DNA of 64,000 bases from Hypanus sabinus (Eukaryota): positions 31,372,001 to 31,436,000 of the forward strand of contig NC_082735.1 of assembly GCF_030144855.1 (NCBI RefSeq), in the 5' to 3' direction. The translations under genes were made by a program, and so were the position numbers. The notes beneath the pieces were generated by a model that was given only the letters and a program-made list of their open reading frames with translations, was not told where the DNA came from and made no database searches. Below, piece by piece: positions 51,986-64,000 of this stretch (positions are counted from its first letter, which is position 1; every line of letters starts with the position of its first letter).

Positions 51986-52969
51986 ATTTCCAGGTCAGGA
52001 AAATTTGACAATTTACGGGGTTATCAGGATTTGAAAGTGGTTTATTGATGTTGTTATTAAGGTGTGAACAAAACAGTAGGAAGTGAGTGCTGATTGCCTA
52101 CTCCATAGGAGCACACTTGTAACAGTGACTTCAACAAAATTCTCAAGCCAATCATCAAAACTTTAATCATTTTCTGAATGCTAGTCAAATGTCCTGCATA
52201 CTGAATGAATTTTCATTTCACCCAATGAAGCTTGTTTTTTTTGGTCAAAGCATTGAGTTTTTCCAATATTGTTGAAAGGCTAAAGTATGTCAGCATCTTT
52301 CGAGAGATGGGTCTAAGCAAATAGTCTCACTCAGGAAATTCTCTGATAATCCACTATCTGACTATTCAGAAATCAGGGCCCTACTCCCCATAATCCCTTT
52401 CACACATTGATTCCTCTTTTAAAGCAAAATTCTAAGGTAATAAATATTGGTATTAATCAGTATTTTCTGTCATTTATTTCCAAAGGGATATTGTAATTTG
52501 CAAATTTTTGCTCTTTGGTCTTGCCTCTTAACAATTATAAGTAAAATAGTTTTGGGAAAGATTTCCTTCAAAAATCATGTTCATTTGTCTTCTCCCATTC
52601 ATGAGCCATTGTCTATTCCTCCAATCTTTCAGTATTGCTTTTCCATTTCTTGACAAGAATTCTGTGACAAATACCACTTCAGCCTTATCCTTTAGGACGG
52701 GGTTCCCAACTTTTATTATGCCATGGACCAATAGCATTAAGCAATGGGTTTGTGGACTCCAGGTTGGGAAATGTTGTTTCAGGATATTTAAACCCCTTCT
52801 CTGCACCTTGGCATTCTGGCCCTATCTGTTTCAAGTGGCATTTTGCATTAGCATATTCCTAGTAGATTAAAGCAGATGGCAGACCTCAAACACCAGTCCC
52901 ACAATCTTTAACCAATATTAAATATTAAAATACAAACATTGGTTCAATAAACCAATCAAATAACAAACA

Positions 52970-53456
52970 GAAAACACAAGGAAATCTGCAGATGCTGGAA
53001 ATCCAAACACCAACACACACAAAATGCTGGTAGAACACAGCAGGCCAGGCAGCATCTATAGGGAGAAGCACTGTTGACGTTTCGGGCCGAGACCCTTCGT
53101 CAGGACTAACCGAAAGGAAAGATAGTAAGAGATTTGAAAGTAGGAGGGGAGGGGGAAATGTGAAATGATAGGAGAAGACTGGAGGGGGTGGGATGAAGCT
53201 AAGAGCTGGAAAGGTGATTGGCGAAAGTGATACAGAGCTGGAGAAGGGAAAGGATCATGGGACGGGAGGCCTCAGGACAAAGAAAGAGGGGGGAGAGCAC
53301 AAGAGGGAGATGGAGAACAGGCAAACAACTAAATATGTCAGGGATAGGGCAAGAAGGGGAGGAGGGGCATTAACAGAAGTTAGAGAAGTCAATGTTCATG
53401 CCATCAGGTTGGACGCTACCCAGCCGGTATATAAGGTGTTGTTCCTCCAACCTGAG
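52970..53456 (-). mobile_element. Penelope-like element terminal fragment (related copies near 920-1180, 11050, 31530, 55540-55970, 62180-62560)
   Basis: Shared pyrimidine-rich tract followed by AGTCCTGACGAAGGGTCTCGGCCCGAAACGTC...AGATGCTGCCTGGCCTGCTG..CCAGCATTTTGTGTGTG. Family assignment is from recall. Confidence 0.65.
53071..53108 (-). ncRNA. Minimal type-I hammerhead ribozyme-like core
   Basis: UAGUC-CUGACGA-A-[GGGUCUCGGCCC]-GAAA-CG-UC-AACAG. Core and stem II are intact, stem I is partly mismatched. Confidence 0.55.
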
Positions 53457-56400
53457 GAACAAAGAGATAAGTGATGTGTAAATAATAGCATTTCGACAAA
53501 GGACCTATTGACCTGGGAGTTGTCTATTTGTTGAATAAGATTTCTGTTAAACTTATTTCCAAAATTCAGATTTTCTTTTCAGGAAATTTGTTGCAACCTT
53601 CAGATGGAACATTTGACTGTGCGGTTCGTGCTCTTTGGCTGAATTTTAATATGTTAATTAATTTCAGATGACGGTTGCTAGGTGAAGACAAGGGACCTAT
53701 TCATCCCCAATGAAAACTTGAATTTGCTCCATTTATGTAATTTGTTTGTAGACAAAGTACTAATTCATTGAATTTCGGTGTTTTAATACCAAAATCTTAA
53801 ACAATAAATTAAACTTTCCATTTTACTCTTGCAATTCACTTCTTTTTTTTGGCTATAATGGTCAAGTCAAGTTTATTATCATTTAACTCTTTACATGTAT
53901 ACCACCAAACGAGACAGTTTCTCTGGACCAGAGTGTAAAGCACAGTAGTACATATAACACAGAATAACGTAGGAAAGTAAGAACTAAATCTACAAATCAA
54001 TTATGTAATGTGCATAAATTAAATATTGTAGGGTGCAGTACAAATTATCGAGTGACACTTTGAACGCAAGGCAGCTGGGTGTTCAGAAGCCTAGTGGCCT
54101 GACAAGAAACTGTTTCTCATCCTTGTCTTTATGGAGTCTTTTCAGAAAGTCAAGTTCATTTCACAGCTTGATACACCAGACAGTCAGCCATTCTTGTCTG
54201 GTGCATGGTATCAGGATTGGTCTCCTTTCGGATTAACCGGCTCACGATATGAACATTCCTAACTTGAAAGTCAAAAGGAGATGCTGGATGGATGGGTGGG
54301 ATCCTTGATAATAGTAAGGGTCCTGCATGTACAGCTCTTTGGATTAATGTCTCTGGTGAATGGTAGGGAGACCCCAATGTTCCTCTTGGCTGTTCTCACA
54401 GACCTTTGTAGAGACTTGCAGCCCAGTGCTCTGCTCTCATACCAGATGGAGATGCAGCTTGTCAAGAAGCTCTCAGTGAGAACTTCAGTTTGATTTTACA
54501 TCAATTTCACTCATGTCTTGCATGACTTCAGAACTAAAAATAAATACCTGACTGCAGCTTTCTTTGGAAGACCATATATGGTGAACAAGTTCTACAAAAT
54601 GTTGGTGTTCTGTTTCTGATAGTTTGACTTATCAGAACTACTTCCAACCATTAGGACAGGGGTTCTCAACCTGAGGTCCATACACCTCTTGCTTAATGGT
54701 ATAGGTCCATGGCGTAAAGACGTTTGGGAACCCTTGCACTAAAGATATCTATCACAGTGAACGGTTATTGTCTGTAACAGTGTTTCAGATTCTGCTTGGC
54801 CATTCCCATGGCTCTTTGCTTGACATCTGACAACTTGATAAACATTTACTGTTATCTTTTATATAATTATTTCACTAACATCATTTTACACAGTTGTAAC
54901 ATCAGACACAAGGCACGCTGTTTATCATGCAAATCTCTTGACAGATTCATATTTCTCAGAAATCACTAATCTACATGAAGCAAAAGAGCATGGGGGTGAA
55001 CCAGATAAGGAGACGTAGATGGAGAGGACACACAGAAACTTTTTCCCAGGGCAGAAATGGCATGATTTTTGGGTGATTGGAGAAGGTGGATGTCAAGACT
55101 AGTGTTTTTTTTCACACGGGATGTGAAAACACTGGAGAGGTGGTAGAGGCAGATTCATAAGGGACATTTAAAACTCTAAGCTGTCTGCTTTTTTCATCCA
55201 CATGCTAAAGTGGGCAATCACAGTAAATACGAGAAACCCAACAGAATCAATGAAAGACTTTACCCAACAGCCATTGTGAAAAACAACACAGGCTGCACAA
55301 ATAACACAAGAAAAATAATGATAATAAATAAATAAGCTATAACTATTGAGGAAGTTAGATGAAGAGTCCTTGAACATGCACCCAGTTCAGTGCGAACAGT
55401 GCAGTGATGGGGGGAGCAAGGTTACCCCTTTTGGCTCAAGAGCCTGATGGTTGAGAGGTAATAACTGTCCCTGAACCTGGGTCCTGAGGCTCCTGTGCTA
55501 GGTGGAATATAAACTGATGTTACCATCAGGTTGGAGGCTTGTAATCCATCTGGGCAGCCTCCAACCTGATGGCATGAACATCAATTTTTCAAACTTCTGG
55601 TAATGCCCCTCTACCTCTCTCCTTCACCATTCCCCATTCCCCTTTTTCCTCTCTCACATCTCCTTGCCTGTCCATTTTTCTTTCTTCCATGGTCCCCTGT
55701 CCTCTCCTATCAGATTCCCCTTTCTCCAGTCCTGTATCTCTCCCACCAATCAACTTCCCAACTCTTTACTTCACCCTCACCCCCCCCCCGCCAGTTTCAC
55801 CTTATCACCTTGTGTTTCTCCCTCCTCTCCCCCACCCTCTAACTCCAACTCCTCATTTTGTTTTTCCCCAGTACTGCTGAAGAGTATTGACCCAAAACAT
55901 CAGCCGTACTCTTTTCCATAGATGCTGCTTGGCCTGCAGAGTTCCTCCAGCATTTTGCATGTGTGTGTGTTACTATCAGTTTTAGGCTGACTTCCCATCC
56001 CAAGATAGCTCCTAGCCATTCTCTTCTAGCTAATGAATGGCACTAGCCTCCGAAGTATCTAGGACATTTACAAGGAGCGGTGCCTCAGAAAGGCGGCATC
56101 CATCATTAAGGATCCCCCATCATCCAGGACATGCCCTGTTCTCGTTGCTACCATCAGGAAGGAGGTACAGGAACCTGAAGGCACCCACTCAACAATTCAG
56201 GAACAGCTTCTCCCCTCTGCCATCCAATTTCTAAATGGATATTGAAACTACTTTTTATTTCTTTTTTTTGCATTGCTTATTTAATTTAACTATTTAATAT
56301 ATACTGTACATACTTTCTGTAATTCATTTTTTCTCTATTATTATGTATTACATTGTACTGCTGCCTCAAAGCTAACAAATTACACGACATATGCCAATGA

Positions 56401-57784
56401 TACTAAACCTGATTCTGATTGTATAATTGCTCAGAATTATATTTTTCATTGACATACTTTAAGATTTAATAAACCTCAGCCTTTGCTTCATTGCAGTCGA
56501 TTGTCCATTTTTCTCTCATATGGGAACCCCCACAATGCTGTTTGCAATGAAAATAACTCAATCATTTTACAGACTCTGAGCAGTAGTTTATCCCTTTAGC
56601 CGCAAGATGGCGCCATTTGACAATCTAATTTCGGCAGCGGGGCAAGTGTGCATCAGATTCATTAGCGCTCCGATTGTGTTAGTGACAGAGAAAAACAGGT
56701 GTCTGCTGCCTCTTCAGCGCCAGATTTACTGCGGAAAATGACTGAAGGGAAAGAGAAACATGTTGCAGAGGCAAAGATAGAGTTATGAAGGAGGAGAGAG
56801 GTAAAATTCGATGGGAAAAAAACTGGGTAGGAATACATTTTGTTTCTCATGCTTGGTACTTCAAAGTTCAAAGTAAGTTTATTATCAAAGTGTATATATG
56901 TTACCACATACAACCTGAGATTCGTTTTCTTGTAGGCATACTCAATAAATCCAATACTCATAATGGAATAAATGAACAGCCGCACCAACAGGGCGGACAA
57001 CTGTGTGTAAAAGTCAACAAACTGTGCAAATACAAAAGAAAAAAAATGCTATTAATACAGTAATAATAATAACAAGAATAAATAAGCTCTAAATATCAAG
57101 AACATGAGATGAAGAGTACTTTGAAGTGAGTCTATAAGAAGTAGGAACAGTTCAGTGATGGGGCAAGTGAAGTTGAGTGAAGTCATCCCTTCTCGTTCAA
57201 GAGCCTGAAGGTTAAGGGGTAATAACTGTTCCTAAACCTGGTGGAGTGGGTCCCGGGGTTCCTGTGCCTTCTTCCTGATGGCAGCAGTAAGAGGAGAGCA
57301 TGGCCTGGGTAGTGGGGGTCCCTGATGATAGACGCTGCTTTCCTGTGGAGATGAGCTTAAAGGTGAGCTTTACTCGCACTCTAGTTACCAAAATCACACT
57401 CAGGATCCTTAGGCACAGCAGCTGGAAGGACGTCGGTTAAAAGGAACACTGAATTAGAACGTTGTACAAATTTTATGTTTATATCATCAGTAAGAAATAG
57501 TTTGACAGGAACTTAAACTAGCAGAATTCAGTTGGGTATTATTGACTGACATTGATTCACTTCCCCATCCAATATAATTCCTAAACCCCCTCACCCTCAC
57601 CTCCACTGCTCCTGAAGAAGGTCAGTCAGCAGAAGCAGGGAGGGGGCAATCATTTCACGCTAGCTCCAGGTCTGGTCAAGGTGCTGAGATTCAAATCTCT
57701 TATTGATGGAACAACGTCCATCTTACGACATCTCACAACCTGAGCAATGAACAAAGGAGAAATGGTAACTTCATCAAACTTAAA

Positions 57785-58228
57785 GTTACAGGGAAAGGTT
57801 GAACAAGTTGGGTCTTTATTCCTTGGAATGTAGAAGGTTAAGGGGGGACTTGATAGAGGTAGTTAAAATTATGAGGGGGATAGATAGAGTTCACATTGAT
57901 AGGCCTTTTCCATTGAGAGTAGGGGAGATTCAAACAAGAGGACATGAGTTGAGAGTTAGGGGGCAAAAGTTTAGGGCTAACACGAGAGGGAATTTCTTTA
58001 CTCAGAGAGTGGTAGCTGTGTGGAACGAGCTTCCAGTAGAAGTGGTAGAGGCAGGTTCGGTATTGTCATTTAAAGTAAAATTGGATAGGTATATGGACAG
58101 GAAAGGAATGGAGGGTTATGGGCTGAGTGCAGGTCGGTGGGACTAGGTGAGAGTAAGTGTTCGGCACAGACTAGAAGGGCCTAGATGGCCTGTTTCCATG
58201 CTGCAATTGTTATATGGTTATATGGTTA
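57785..58228 (+). mobile_element. CR1 LINE 3' end
   Basis: LGLYSLECRRLRGDLIEV.KIMRGID...TRGH...FFTQRVVAVWNELP, ending in a (TTATATGG)n tail. Confidence 0.9.
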
Positions 58229-58746
58229 AACTGTAAAAATATTTCAAAAGATATGTTTGTATGTATGTATGTATTTATTTATTTATTGAGGTACAGCATG
58301 GACTTAACACCCCCCCCCCCCCCGACTTAACTCTAGCCTAATCACAGGACAATTTACAATGATCAATTAACCTACCTGTGGTATGTCTCTTTGGACTGTG
58401 GGAGGAAACCGGAGCACCCGGAGGAAATCCATGCGGTGTCGGGGAGAACATACAAACTCCATACGGGTAGTGATGGGAATTGAACCCGGGTCACCTGTAC
58501 TGTAAAGTGTTGTGCTGACCACTATGCTACCATCCCCTACGATCAGACAGAAGATCCCAAAGCAGTAAGAAATTCAGCCAAAGCTGAATTATCCTTTGAA
58601 GAAATTCACAAAATAACAAACTCCTTTCACTGATGACAAGTGTGGATACAGCTCAGGGATAGTGGCACCCCTGAAAGGAATTAGAGCACACTCGTTTGAT
58701 GGGCTCTACTTTTGCATGTGATGTTTTTCTTTGCCCCCCCACCCCC

Positions 58747-59316
58747 AAGTCAAGTCAAGTCAAGTCACTTCTATTGTCATTTTGACCATAACTGCTGGTA
58801 CAGTACATAGTAAAAATGAGACAACGTTTTTCAGGACCATGGTGTTACATGACACAGAACAAAAATTAGACTGAACTACATAAAAAAACAACAGGAAAAA
58901 TAAACCACACTAGACTACAGACCTACCCAGGACTGCATAAAGTGCACAAAACAGTGCAGGCATTACAATAAAAAATAAACAGGACAATAGGGCAGTAAGG
59001 TGTCAGTCCAGGCTCTGGGTATTGAGGAGTCTGATAGCTTGGGGGGAGAAACAGTTACATAGTCTGGTCGTGAGAGCCTGAATGCTTCAGAGCCTTTTCC
59101 TAGACGGCAGGAGGGAGAAGAGTTTGTGTGAGGGGTGCATGGGGTCCTCCATAATCCTGTTTGCTTTGCGGATGCAGCGTGCAGTGTAAATGTCCGCGAT
59201 GGCAGGAGGAGAGACCCCGATGATCTTCTCAGCTGACCTCACTATCCGCTGCAAGGTCTTTCCATCCAGGATGGTGCAATTTCCGAACCAGGCAGTGATG
59301 CAGCTGCTCGGGATAG
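58747..59316 (-). mobile_element. LINE 3' fragment with (CAAGT)n tail
   Basis: Matches 38797-39172. The terminal CAAGT pentamer repeats are seen on the plus strand. Confidence 0.8.
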
Positions 59317-60708
59317 TTAATGATAAAAAAAAGAAGCTTGCGAAGATTCGTTCTCAATAGCTACAATATTTTATTATTACATTCAACTTCCACTCTCGGA
59401 GATGAGATTAAATGAATCTCCCAAGGAAAAACTGCATTATCAGGGGTGGCTTCACTTGGATAAGATGGGAAGCTTCCTCCATTTCTCTTGAAGTAGATAT
59501 GCACAGCTTCAGGAAGAACAGAAAGCCCTGTACGTTTTCAAGGCAAAGCTTTTTCCTCAACCTAAATTAATGTTAGCAAACAGGATGATCTGTTGATTGC
59601 TGTGTGGGGAGACATTATGCAAAATGATTAAGGCATAACATAACATTCCTTCTAAATTTTCTTACAACTTTGTGGAACAACGATTGCACCAAACAGGAAA
59701 TTTTTACATGGCCTGAAAACTACAAGGAACTTTAAGTATTTTTTGTACTATGCACATCGAACAAGCACAAACTACAACTCACGACACAAATAAATGATAT
59801 CAGGCAGCCAAAACAACTGACTGGCCCGATAGCAAAAGTAAAATGTTTTGACTAGATGGCATTGGCATTTAGCGGGCCAGAGATTTATTAACAATGAGCT
59901 ACCAACTTCCTTTGTGTGTTTATTGTTACAATTAGGAACAGTGTTATAACTTGAAACACCGACAATGTAAATACACTGAACCTCTAAAATGTATCAAAGG
60001 TTGTGGTACATTTATATTTTGGAAATCTATGGATTATATTCATTAAAACATAATTAATTACAGGGTATTTCACAATAATATAAATGTAGATTTCAAAATT
60101 ATATTAACATTACATATGTTAATTATATCTGAATTACTCTAGCATTTTATGTGTTTCTGTAGCAATGACTCATCACCTGCCCTAAAAATCACTAAATACA
60201 TAAATACTTTTTAATGCAGCAAAGCTTTTCTCCTGAGATCCCACCATCATAGAAGCTGGTCTCAATTCATTTCATGCAATACCAAGGGAGCACAGGAGGC
60301 AGCAGAGGTTACAGAGTAAGGCAACGTCCAAGCTGCAGTACTGAGGACCTGCATTGCCAAGCTAATAGATCCCCCTGCTCCAGTGTATTTTCAACACAGA
60401 TGACCAATATGAAAGTAGTCCGGTGGTCAGAGCCATAACTCATACACAGGAAGGTGGTTGTGGTTGTTACTGGTCAATCACCCCAGTCCCAGGGTATCAT
60501 TGAAGAAGTTCCTCATGGTTATTCAACAACACTTCCCAGATCCATGACCCCCTACAACTAGAAGGCTGAGGGTACCAGGTCTGTGGGACGGCCATCAGCT
60601 GTGCTCCCCCCTCCAGCTCTGCATCATCCTGAACTGGTAATAAGCGTCACTCCTTTTGGTGGGCATGAATCCTGGAAGAGCTACCCGCCAGCTCAGCAGG
60701 ATGACCTG

Positions 60709-61082
60709 CATCAGATACCATCCTGACCCGGTAATATAGTGTCATTCCTCCTGTGAGTATAAACCCTGGAACACAAGGCCATCGGATACCATCCTGACCC
60801 GGTAATATAGTGTCATTCCTCCTGTGAGTATAAACCCTGGAACACAAGGCCATCGGATACCATCCTGACCCGGTAATATAGTGTCATTCCTCCTGTGAGT
60901 ATAAACCCTGGAACACAAGGCCATCGGATACCATCCTGACCCGGTAATATAGTGTCATTCCTCCTGTGAGTATAAACCCTGGAACACAAGGCCATCGGAT
61001 ACCATCCTGACCCGGTAATATAGTGTCATTCCTCCTGTGAGTATAAACCCTGGAACACAAGGCCATCGGATACCATCCTGAC
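60709..61082. repeat. 71-bp minisatellite, 5 full units plus a 19-bp partial
   Basis: Unit CATCGGATACCATCCTGACCCGGTAATATAGTGTCATTCCTCCTGTGAGTATAAACCCTGGAACACAAGGC starts at 60709, 60780, 60851, 60922, 60993 and 61064. Only the first unit differs (1 nt). Confidence 0.97.
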
Positions 61083-62224
61083 TTGGATGTTCCTAATATT
61101 CCTTCAGTGGGTAAAACACCCTGTACCACCTGGCCACCAGCTCAGTGGGAGGACCTTCATCAGAAGGAAAGCAGTAGCTTAAGAAATGGGCTCACCACCA
61201 ACTTCACAAGATCTTTAGGGTGAACGAAAAAATACTAACCTTGTTAGTAGCACTGAGAACCTGAAAAATCGATAGATAAAGCAATTAAATGCATAAATTT
61301 TCCTTTTCCATCTTTTTGTAACCTTACCTGCAGACCTCGGATATTTTAAATCTTAAGTGTAGAATTGACCTTTGCCACCTACCAGATGCTCAGCTTCTAT
61401 CTCCAACTCCCAGCACTCTGTTGAAACGCGTACTAACCTCTATTGATGGGTTTATCAGTTGAAATTTGACAGAAAATGTTCATTAGCTACTTACAAGTGT
61501 CTTGCACCTTTAGAACCGGTGCCGAAGTTGATTTGCTCCAACTACCCCATCTCATCAAAACCACCATGCCCCTCACACTCACTTTTACACAGCCATTGCT
61601 GAACCATTTGACCAATGACAGGAGTGGACTTCCAAATTACCAGGCTCCCCTGGGATCATTAACACTGTCCAAACTCTGCTCCCGTTAGTGTAATTGTGCT
61701 ATTAAAGCACCAGCGACCCGCTGTCCGTAAGGAGCATTTGAGTTCTCCCCGTGACCGCGTGGGTTTCCTCTGGGTGCTCTGGTTTCCTCCCACGTTCCAA
61801 AGACGCACAGGTTAGTCGGTTATCCGGTCACAAGGGTGTAACTGGGCAGCACAGGCTTGTTGGGCCGGTGGAGTCTGTTACTGTGCTGTATCTCTAAACA
61901 AAAAATAAAACTAAATTATTCTTAAGTATAAGGTAAAGTTTGCATTCCTAAAATAAGTGTAACCAAACTCTTCAGTTGATGTAAAATTCTCATCTTTATT
62001 GACTAAGAACTAGATCAGGGCCCTGAACCCATACCATGAACCAACGAGTCTGTGGACTCCATTTTGGGAACCCTGACCCAGTTCTTAGTTCATCTTCACG
62101 GACGCTGTCATTGTCCATCAGAACACCTCTATAATTTACAAAATTGCTCCCACTCTCCTCGATTCCTTAACCTGGCGTATAAATGCTGGAGGAGCTCAGC
62201 AGGCCAGGCAGCACCAAGTGTGAA

Positions 62225-62262
62225 CGGCCGAAGTTTCGGGCCAAGACACTTCTTCAGGACTG
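62225..62262 (-). ncRNA. Minimal hammerhead ribozyme-like core (partly decayed)
   Basis: CAGUC-CUGAAGA-A-GUGUCUUGGCCC-GAAA-CU-UC-GGCCG. Confidence 0.4.
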
Positions 62263-63937
62263 GGAAAGAAGGGGAGAAGTCAGAGAGGAGGAGGTGGGGT
62301 GGGGAGGAAGTACCAGGTGGAAGGTGATAGGAGAGGGAGAGGGGGGAGCGTAGTGAAGTAAAGAGGTGGGAAGTTCTGGAAAGAGATAAAGGGCTGGAGG
62401 AAGGGGGGGGTCTGACAGGAGAGGATAGAATACCATGGAAGAAAGGGAGGGGAGAAGAGCACCAGATGGAGGCGATGGGCAGGTAAGAAGGTGAGGGGGA
62501 AACGGGAATGGAGAATGGTGAAGGTAGGGGCAATTACTAGAAGTTCAGGAAAGCGTCTGGAACCGGATGTGGGGAGTGGATTGGCATCTTGGTAAGCGCA
62601 GACAGGATGGACCAAATGGTCTGTCCTGTTCAATGCCGGAGAAATACAGCACAACTCCTTCCTTCATGGTGAGGTGCCGCGTGGCAGCAAACTGTATTCC
62701 CCACCCAGGTTCGAATTTAAAGTTGGCAGAGACGTATTTCTGAAGTTCATTATATAACTGGAATCTGATGAAGGAGGGTGGGAATTTCACAAGGTTGAAG
62801 ACAGCGTAGTGTTTTTTTTTAAGTTCCTGGCATGATAAAGGCATTCTCCTACCAGCTGGTTTCACGCCATCTCTCTGCAAGTGACAGGAGCATTACGGAA
62901 ATTCTAACCGTAAACGTATCTTCACACTTCTGGCTGCAATTAATCCTGTTAGAACCCTCATTGTTGTGGCGGTAAGAAAAAGCTGCCAGTCCTATCTCCT
63001 GACAGCGGAAAAAATTCTGCGGGGCGTCTTCAACTGATGCCAAGTAGAAAACAGTGGTGCCCTTTCTGCAGGCCTGCCTTGCTAGTTGGAAGCCCTACCA
63101 ACCGTGTGCAGAAACTGCGTCCCTGAACCAGTTCCTGAAACAAATATTGTGGGTGGTGTGCGGCTCACTTTGCAATTTCAGTGGACTTGAAACATTTATG
63201 ACCTCGCTTACAAGCTGCAAACCACAGGAAAGATGGTAAAGAGAAAGTTGTTGTTTTTAAGTATAAATAGAAACGCAAGTTATCAAAGTGAAAATGCAGC
63301 TGTGGGAGATAAGGATGCCTCTTCAACTTTTTAACTTAATTTATTTAGAGATACAGCGCGGAATAGGGGCTTCCTGCTGGAAGAGTTGTTTTAACCCTTT
63401 CCTGATCATGCGACAACTTACAATGTTGAATTAAACTATTGATTGGTATGCCTTTGGACTGTGGGAGGAAACTGGAGCATCCCCAAGTCCACACAGTCAT
63501 GGGAGAACGTACAAGCTCAGACAGTGGCAGGAATTGAACCCGGGTTGCTGGAACTGTAAAGCATTTTGCTAACCGCTGTGTTACTGTGCCGCACCAGTTG
63601 ACAACTAGGGACCTGAAACTGCTCCTCCTTTACTCATCAAGGGGGTCAGCAGGGAAAAGTTCGAAGTTCAAATTTCAAAATAAATTTATCATCAAAGTAG
63701 GTATATGTCGTCATAGGCAGCCCTGAGATTCATTTTCTTGTGGACATACTCAATAAATCCAAGAAACACAATTAAATTAATGAAAGATGGCACCCAACAG
63801 GACAGTAAAACAATCAATGTGCAAAAGACAACAAACTGTGCAAATAGAGAAGAAAAAATAAAAATAATAATAAAATATAAGCAATAAATATCAAGAACAT
63901 GAAGTGAAGTGTCATTGAAAGTAAATGATATGAGGGC

Positions 63938-63976
63938 GCAGGGGCCCTATCAATGAGTCATTGATAGGGCCCCTGC
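63938..63976. repeat. Perfect inverted repeat, 19-bp arms with a 1-nt centre
   Basis: GCAGGGGCCCTATCAATGA-G-TCATTGATAGGGCCCCTGC. Confidence 0.95.
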
Positions 63977-64000
63977 CCCCCTCCCTGTTCAGTCTTGACG

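Noticed and set aside
53583-53808. Plus-strand acceptor and AATAAA as an alternative TMEM50A last exon
   Set aside because: It would replace the conserved C-terminus with an unrecognisable peptide, and there is no other support.
60709-61082. CRISPR-like array, and the repeated ORFs across it
   Set aside because: Units are identical with no unique spacers, there are no cas genes and the context is eukaryotic. The ORFs are by-products of the 71-bp period.
61328-61439. Minus-strand segment ending in a perfect CAG|GTAAGG donor
   Set aside because: Stops occur in all three frames and the acceptor is poor, so it is not supportable as a coding exon.
62545-63043. 111-aa and 64-aa minus-strand ORFs
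   Set aside because: No recognisable domain, non-ATG starts, and the longer one runs into a repeat.

Overview
Vertebrate genomic DNA, probably a cartilaginous fish (ray or shark), inferred from its repeat content: CR1, Rex1/Babar-type and RTE LINEs, HE1/V-SINE-like SINEs, Penelope-like ends and Tc1 elements. I assembled four genes by hand from GT-AG splice sites with consistent reading phases. They are RSRP1 (minus, 5 exons, ~1.8-10.6 kb), an mgst3b-type MGST3 (plus, 4 exons, 149 aa), an intact intronless SNRPC/U1-C (minus, 161 aa, with its own CpG-island promoter) and TMEM50A (plus, 7 exons, 159 aa). A probable first coding exon of an unidentified fifth gene lies at 582-703 (minus). Most of the remainder is transposon-derived. 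The most notable observations are the single-exon U1-C gene (likely a functional retrogene), an exon-junction uORF and candidate poison exons in RSRP1, minimal hammerhead-ribozyme cores in Penelope-like repeats, an Arg-to-His change in the MAPEG motif of MGST3, a near-intact DD34E Tc1, a homogeneous 71-bp minisatellite and a 39-bp perfect palindrome. Gene and family names come from recalled homology, not database searches. Repeat boundaries are approximate.
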